The translations under genes and the position numbers were made by a program. Of a stretch of DNA of 54,562 nucleotides, positions 50,663 to 54,562 are shown piece by piece. Where the stretch lies: NCBI GenBank assembly GCA_051439425.1, contig JBFRWD010000142.1:1-54562 (forward strand), written 5' to 3'. Numbering within the stretch: the first letter of the stretch is position 1; the number at the start of each line of letters is the position of its first letter. The notes below the pieces were generated by a model. It was not told the DNA's origin and did no database searches. It saw nothing but the letters and a program-made list of their open reading frames with translations. Source of the DNA: Synechococcus sp. (GTDB taxonomy: Bacteria > Cyanobacteriota > Cyanobacteriia > Thermostichales > PCC-7336).

Positions 50663-51643
50663 TCAGTAAATTTCCGGCACAAAGGTTTGCAAGCTGGTGG
50701 GAGGGCGGAGGTAATCTCCCTCTGGCTGACGAGGGGGCAGTGTCAGAGGTTCGGGGACCATGTCTCGATAGGGAATCATGCTGAGAATATGGGCAATGCA
50801 GTTAAGACGAGCCTTTTTCTTGACATCACTATTGACGACATACCAAGGCGATCGCTTAATATCCGTTGCCTCAAACATGGCATCTTTAGCTTTTGAATAG
50901 TCGACCCAGCGAGTACGAGCTTCCAAATCCATCGGGCTTAATTTCCAGCGTTTTGACGGATTCATGCTGCGTTCCAGAAAGCGGTTTTCTTGCTCTTCAG
51001 AACTGACAGAAAACCAATATTTCAGAAGAATGATGCCCGATCGCTTAATCATGCATTCAAACTCGGGACAGGAGCGCAAAAATTCGAAGTACTCTTCATC
51101 CGTGCAAAAGCCCATCACCCGCTCAACCCCAGCGCGGTTATACCAACTACGATCGAGCAGGACGATCTCTCCAGCAGCCGGAAGATGTTGCACGTATCTC
51201 TGGAAGTACCACTGACTTTTCTCACGTTCCGTCGGCTTTCCCAAAGCCACAACTTTGCAATAACGAGGATTCAAACAATCCATAACGCGCTTGATTGTCC
51301 CCCCCTTTCCAGCAGCATCTCGCCCTTCAAAGATGATGACGACTTTCAATCCAGTCTGCAGCACCCATTCCTGTAGTTTCACCAACTCTAATTGCAGCCG
51401 TTTGAGCTCGCGATTGTAAACCTTCTTCGATAATTTTTTCCGAGGTTTACCTTCAATTCGCAGTCCATTGACATGGCGAAATGCTGGTTCCTCCGGTCCG
51501 AGATTCTGCTTAGATTTCTTTTTGCGATTTGCTGACTTCTTATCTGCAACTCGTCCTGATTTTGAGGACGGCAGAACCACCACCGACCCTTTACCATGAC
51601 CATTGTCGTGCTTTTTGGATGACTTTTTAGAAGATTTAGACAT
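50663..51643 (-). CDS. ppk2: Polyphosphate kinase 2
   Basis: FEGRDAAGKGG, WYFQRY, DRSWYNRAGVE, WKLSPMD; start placed at ATG 51643. Confidence 0.96.
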   Translation of the reverse strand: MSKSSKKSSKKHDNGHGKGSVVVLPSSKSGRVADKKSANRKKKSKQNLGPEEPAFRHVNGLRIEGKPRKKLSKKVYNRELKRLQLELVKLQEWVLQTGLKVVIIFEGRDAAGKGGTIKRVMDCLNPRYCKVVALGKPTEREKSQWYFQRYVQHLPAAGEIVLLDRSWYNRAGVERVMGFCTDEEYFEFLRSCPEFECMIKRSGIILLKYWFSVSSEEQENRFLERSMNPSKRWKLSPMDLEARTRWVDYSKAKDAMFEATDIKRSPWYVVNSDVKKKARLNCIAHILSMIPYRDMVPEPLTLPPRQPEGDYLRPPTSLQTFVPEIY

Positions 51644-51893
51644 CGCTTTATCTCTTGGGATGCTGGCAGATCGCTGCAGTAAAGTGACAGTCCGTAGCTC
51701 TAAACAAAAGAATGACAAGCAGCTAGACTTTACGAACGGGGGAACCGGTATGCAAAATGTTTACCCAGCGGTCTGCGAACGGACAAGATCGGACCACATC
51801 GCTAGGGTATCAACACTGTCAAGCACGGGCAGGACCGAGAGACTATCCGCGAGTATCCGGACGGGAAGTCGATAGACTGCAGTCCCAGCTTCA

Positions 51894-52310
51894 TCACAAT
51901 CGCAGACGTTGTGCCTGAGCAATCCATAGCCCAACATCCGCCACAGTCGGACAGGCACGTGTATGTCTCAGAGTCGCCACATGAAGCCGCTGAATTTGGC
52001 GGTGAAGGGTTGAGGTTGTGGCGATCGCGAGTTGCTCCGGCCCAATCATCCCCGCATGCAACAACAACCCACAATAGTCGCATCCCACAGCAGGTACCCG
52101 CGCCAAGCTAGCCATCGCCACCCACCGATTAATGCGTTCCTGCTTAAGATTGAGCTGCAACGCTAACGCTTTCCTGCCTTTTTCCTCTGCAGTAGCCGTC
52201 AATAGCTCTGCTGTTGTCCCTATGCCTGCCGCCTGAAGCTGCTCGATATCCAGGCGCTTCAAACCTGGCAATCGGTCAATCGGCCAGTAGCTGGGAGACA
52301 CAAAAGGCAT
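51894..52310 (-). CDS. DUF4332 domain protein
   Basis: WPIDRLPGL, LQAAGIGTT, LARVPAVGCDYCGLLLHAG, WIAQA. Confidence 0.85.
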   Translation of the reverse strand: MPFVSPSYWPIDRLPGLKRLDIEQLQAAGIGTTAELLTATAEEKGRKALALQLNLKQERINRWVAMASLARVPAVGCDYCGLLLHAGMIGPEQLAIATTSTLHRQIQRLHVATLRHTRACPTVADVGLWIAQAQRLRL

Positions 52311-52881
52311 AGGAGCAGTGCCCAAAAACACTTGGCCAGTACAGAATCTAAGCCAGATTCAATCTTAATCCACACTCACGTCCGAGCAGCGATCGTCAAA
52401 CATGGAGCCACACTCATTTAGAGTTTCAAAGATATACGGGGAATCTAGTGACTTCGGTTGATGATTCTCAGCATACGGACTGAGATCGTCTGCGGCCTAG
52501 TTTCGCACCTACCCGCTCAAATCTAAGCGGGGAAAGGGCTACATAGAATAAACAACATTCAGTCGCTGCCCAAGACACAGGGGGGAGCATCTGCAAAAGT
52601 ATCAAAAAACGATAATTTCTAGCCCTTCAATCCCACAAATAAACCACGAGTCGAGCTCGTCTGTACAAACGACAACTGCGGTCTGAGGCGCCATTTAATG
52701 GTGTGCGTTTTAGCGTATTCAATCGTTCCCAATCCAGATCGGGCGAATGCATGAAACTCTAGAGCATGCTTAGAACCATCCATGAAATACTCACTCCATA
52801 AGCGCTTGATGGCAGCCAGCAATGGTTATTTGAGAGCGGCTTGTTTCTATCACAGCGACATCAGACCGAGGTTTGCGAACC

Positions 52882-53055
52882 ATGAGAATGCGAGAAATTG
52901 TAGAAAAGGCGTTGCAGACTCGCTCCATTTCTATGAACCAATACCGTCGCGCAATAATTTTAACCACCCAGAACCACTTCAGCGACTCTGAAAATCTGTA
53001 TTTTGAAGCGTTGGAAAAAGCACTGGAGTGCCATTCAGTACGGCTGGTTCGGTAG
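52882..53055 (+). CDS. Small hypothetical protein
   Basis: MRMREIVEKALQTRSIS...LEKALECHSV resembles a common short cyanobacterial helical family. Confidence 0.5.
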   Translation: MRMREIVEKALQTRSISMNQYRRAIILTTQNHFSDSENLYFEALEKALECHSVRLVR

Positions 53056-53131
53056 GGCAGACCTCGGCAATAGCTCCGGAGAAACATCAGTAGCCGTTCC
53101 TACAGCCACCGATGTGCCACCAAAATCTGAG

Positions 53132-54562
53132 TTAGTGCTTTCTTCTGGGCCTCATCAGTAATTTGCAGGCATGCACTGCTTCGTCCAGAAGCCTCTGCTT
53201 ACGTCCATCCGAAATCTCGCCATGCATATCCCAAGCCAGCACCTCGCCTAACTCGCGCATCCGCTGATGGGTTTTAGACTTTCGTTCCGCGTAATCTGGA
53301 TCCGTAAACCCCATCGTCTCTACCACAATGCAATCCCCCGGTTGCAGACCAACCCCTCGTTGATGGGGATATAGAACAAAATCGGGACGGTAGGGCTCTC
53401 CAGCACCAGTGCAAAAGTCGTGCAGGGGTTTAGCGATCACGATCCCATAGCCTTGGGCATGTAACAATCGCTGGGCAGTCAGCAAAAGGTCTAATGTCTG
53501 ACGCTCGGCATGACTATCGACCGGCACCAATAACTCCGTGCTAAACACTGGATGAACGTAGGCCTGCCGCAGACAGTAGTCTCCCGGATTCACCCGACTC
53601 TCTCCCACGTGAACAAACACCCAAAAGGGTCCACTGGCCTGGCCTCCTGGCGGCACAAAGCAGGTGAGTTCATCCTCTACGGTCAAGGGGTCAAGCTGGC
53701 CCAACGGTCGCACAATTCGCCGTTGGAGATCGGCTGCTATCGCGATCCCGACAAAAAACGCTTGCGGTTTGACATGCGGCGGCCATTCATTCGCCCCATT
53801 GTGGGCCAGGACTTCTAATTGGCGACAGCCTCTAGCGATCGCCCCTGGCTGAGTCGTCAAATAATGCTTGAGAGGAATGCGATTAACTATATGTCGCCGC
53901 GTACGCTCTAGTTTGCGCAGTTGCTGCCATCCAAGGCTATGCTGACGCCACCAGCCAGGACGGATAATGTGCAGTTGCGCCTCCTCCAGCAGCGTAAACA
54001 ACATGCGGGCTAGTTTGGGGCGGGAGGTCAATCTGGAGTGGTGTAGCCCCAGTTCTGCGGTTGACGAGTTCGACGAGATCGCAAGAGTTACGTCGCGAGG
54101 CTCAGAGAGGTCGATCGCAAAGCTTGCCCTCTGAGATAGAGGCTGCATAGACGCAGAACGAGGAGCCCTTTCAGCGTCTGAGCTATCACTGTGAGCAGCC
54201 CCTGAATCGCACTCTTCACATAAAACCTGTTCAAATGAAAACTGGTCAGCCAGCCGTTTGGGGGAATGAAAAATACAACTCGGATGATGGGGATTGGTCT
54301 GGCGAATCCGCCGGAATGAATACCGTCGCCCCCAATCATCCAGCTGCACCGGGCACAGGATAGGTGAGTGACTGGGTAAAGACGTTATGTCTGCTTGTCG
54401 GCCATCAGTCTGGCATTCACAGGCCAACCACAGGTGGCGCTCCCGGAGTGTCTTGAGAATGCGTGCCACCTGTCCATCAAGAGATGTGGAGCGATCGCGC
54501 CAGGTGAGGTTGTGTCGGGAGCGATCGCTGTACGACAGCTGGTCGTACCAGTGGTTCTGGAC
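53132..54562 (-). CDS. DUF1173-like protein with PD-(D/E)XK nuclease-like C-terminus (5' end beyond the right edge)
   Basis: The frame stays open to the window end (VQNHWYDQLSY...); WLACEC...HHPSCIFH Cys/His cluster; IAKPLHD, YRPDFVL, VVETMGFTDPDYAERK. Confidence 0.7.
   Translation of the reverse strand, partial: VQNHWYDQLSYSDRSRHNLTWRDRSTSLDGQVARILKTLRERHLWLACECQTDGRQADITSLPSHSPILCPVQLDDWGRRYSFRRIRQTNPHHPSCIFHSPKRLADQFSFEQVLCEECDSGAAHSDSSDAERAPRSASMQPLSQRASFAIDLSEPRDVTLAISSNSSTAELGLHHSRLTSRPKLARMLFTLLEEAQLHIIRPGWWRQHSLGWQQLRKLERTRRHIVNRIPLKHYLTTQPGAIARGCRQLEVLAHNGANEWPPHVKPQAFFVGIAIAADLQRRIVRPLGQLDPLTVEDELTCFVPPGGQASGPFWVFVHVGESRVNPGDYCLRQAYVHPVFSTELLVPVDSHAERQTLDLLLTAQRLLHAQGYGIVIAKPLHDFCTGAGEPYRPDFVLYPHQRGVGLQPGDCIVVETMGFTDPDYAERKSKTHQRMRELGEVLAWDMHGEISDGRKQRLLDEAVHACKLLMRPRRKH

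Larger units (their letters stand above)
3..54528. repeat. HIP1 octamer GCGATCGC dispersed through the window
   Basis: Seen dozens of times, e.g. 3-10 and 399-406; a cyanobacterial hallmark. Confidence 0.9.

Noticed and set aside
1..54562. tRNA, rRNA, tmRNA or RNase P genes
   Set aside because: No cloverleaf or conserved RNA signatures were seen by eye in the intergenic regions; an Infernal/tRNAscan run would be decisive

Overview
Cyanobacterial chromosomal window: the HIP1 octamer GCGATCGC is frequent throughout, and ndhS, a CpcS-type lyase, ycf23 and DevBCA are present. Most of it is housekeeping: mutS (runs off the left edge and is missing from the ORF track), recJ, purT, a TrmH-family methylase, queF, galE, tyrA, msrA/msrB, hpxO with an NCS2 purine permease, and ppk2. 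It also has a glycan/ABC export region. The most notable parts are: (1) a seven-gene V4R / phycobiliprotein-like / 2Fe-2S ferredoxin / TPR operon resembling Synechocystis slr0144-slr0151, in which neither globin-fold protein keeps the bilin Cys and one V4R has a degenerate Zn site, preceded by five copies of a TACTGA-core motif; (2) two small secreted proteins, one built from 24-aa tandem repeats; (3) a multi-TM His-motif protein paired with a membrane-domain/DUF1350 hydrolase fusion; (4) a ~90-bp TA-duplicating MITE in two copies, one inserted into a decayed transposase whose frame is restored on excision, plus related TATRGC-ended palindromic elements; (5) an orphan tryptophan-dioxygenase-like gene beside hpxO; (6) a DUF1173-like nuclease at the right edge. 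No rRNA, tRNA or CRISPR array was seen. All family calls come from motif recognition by eye, not database searches.
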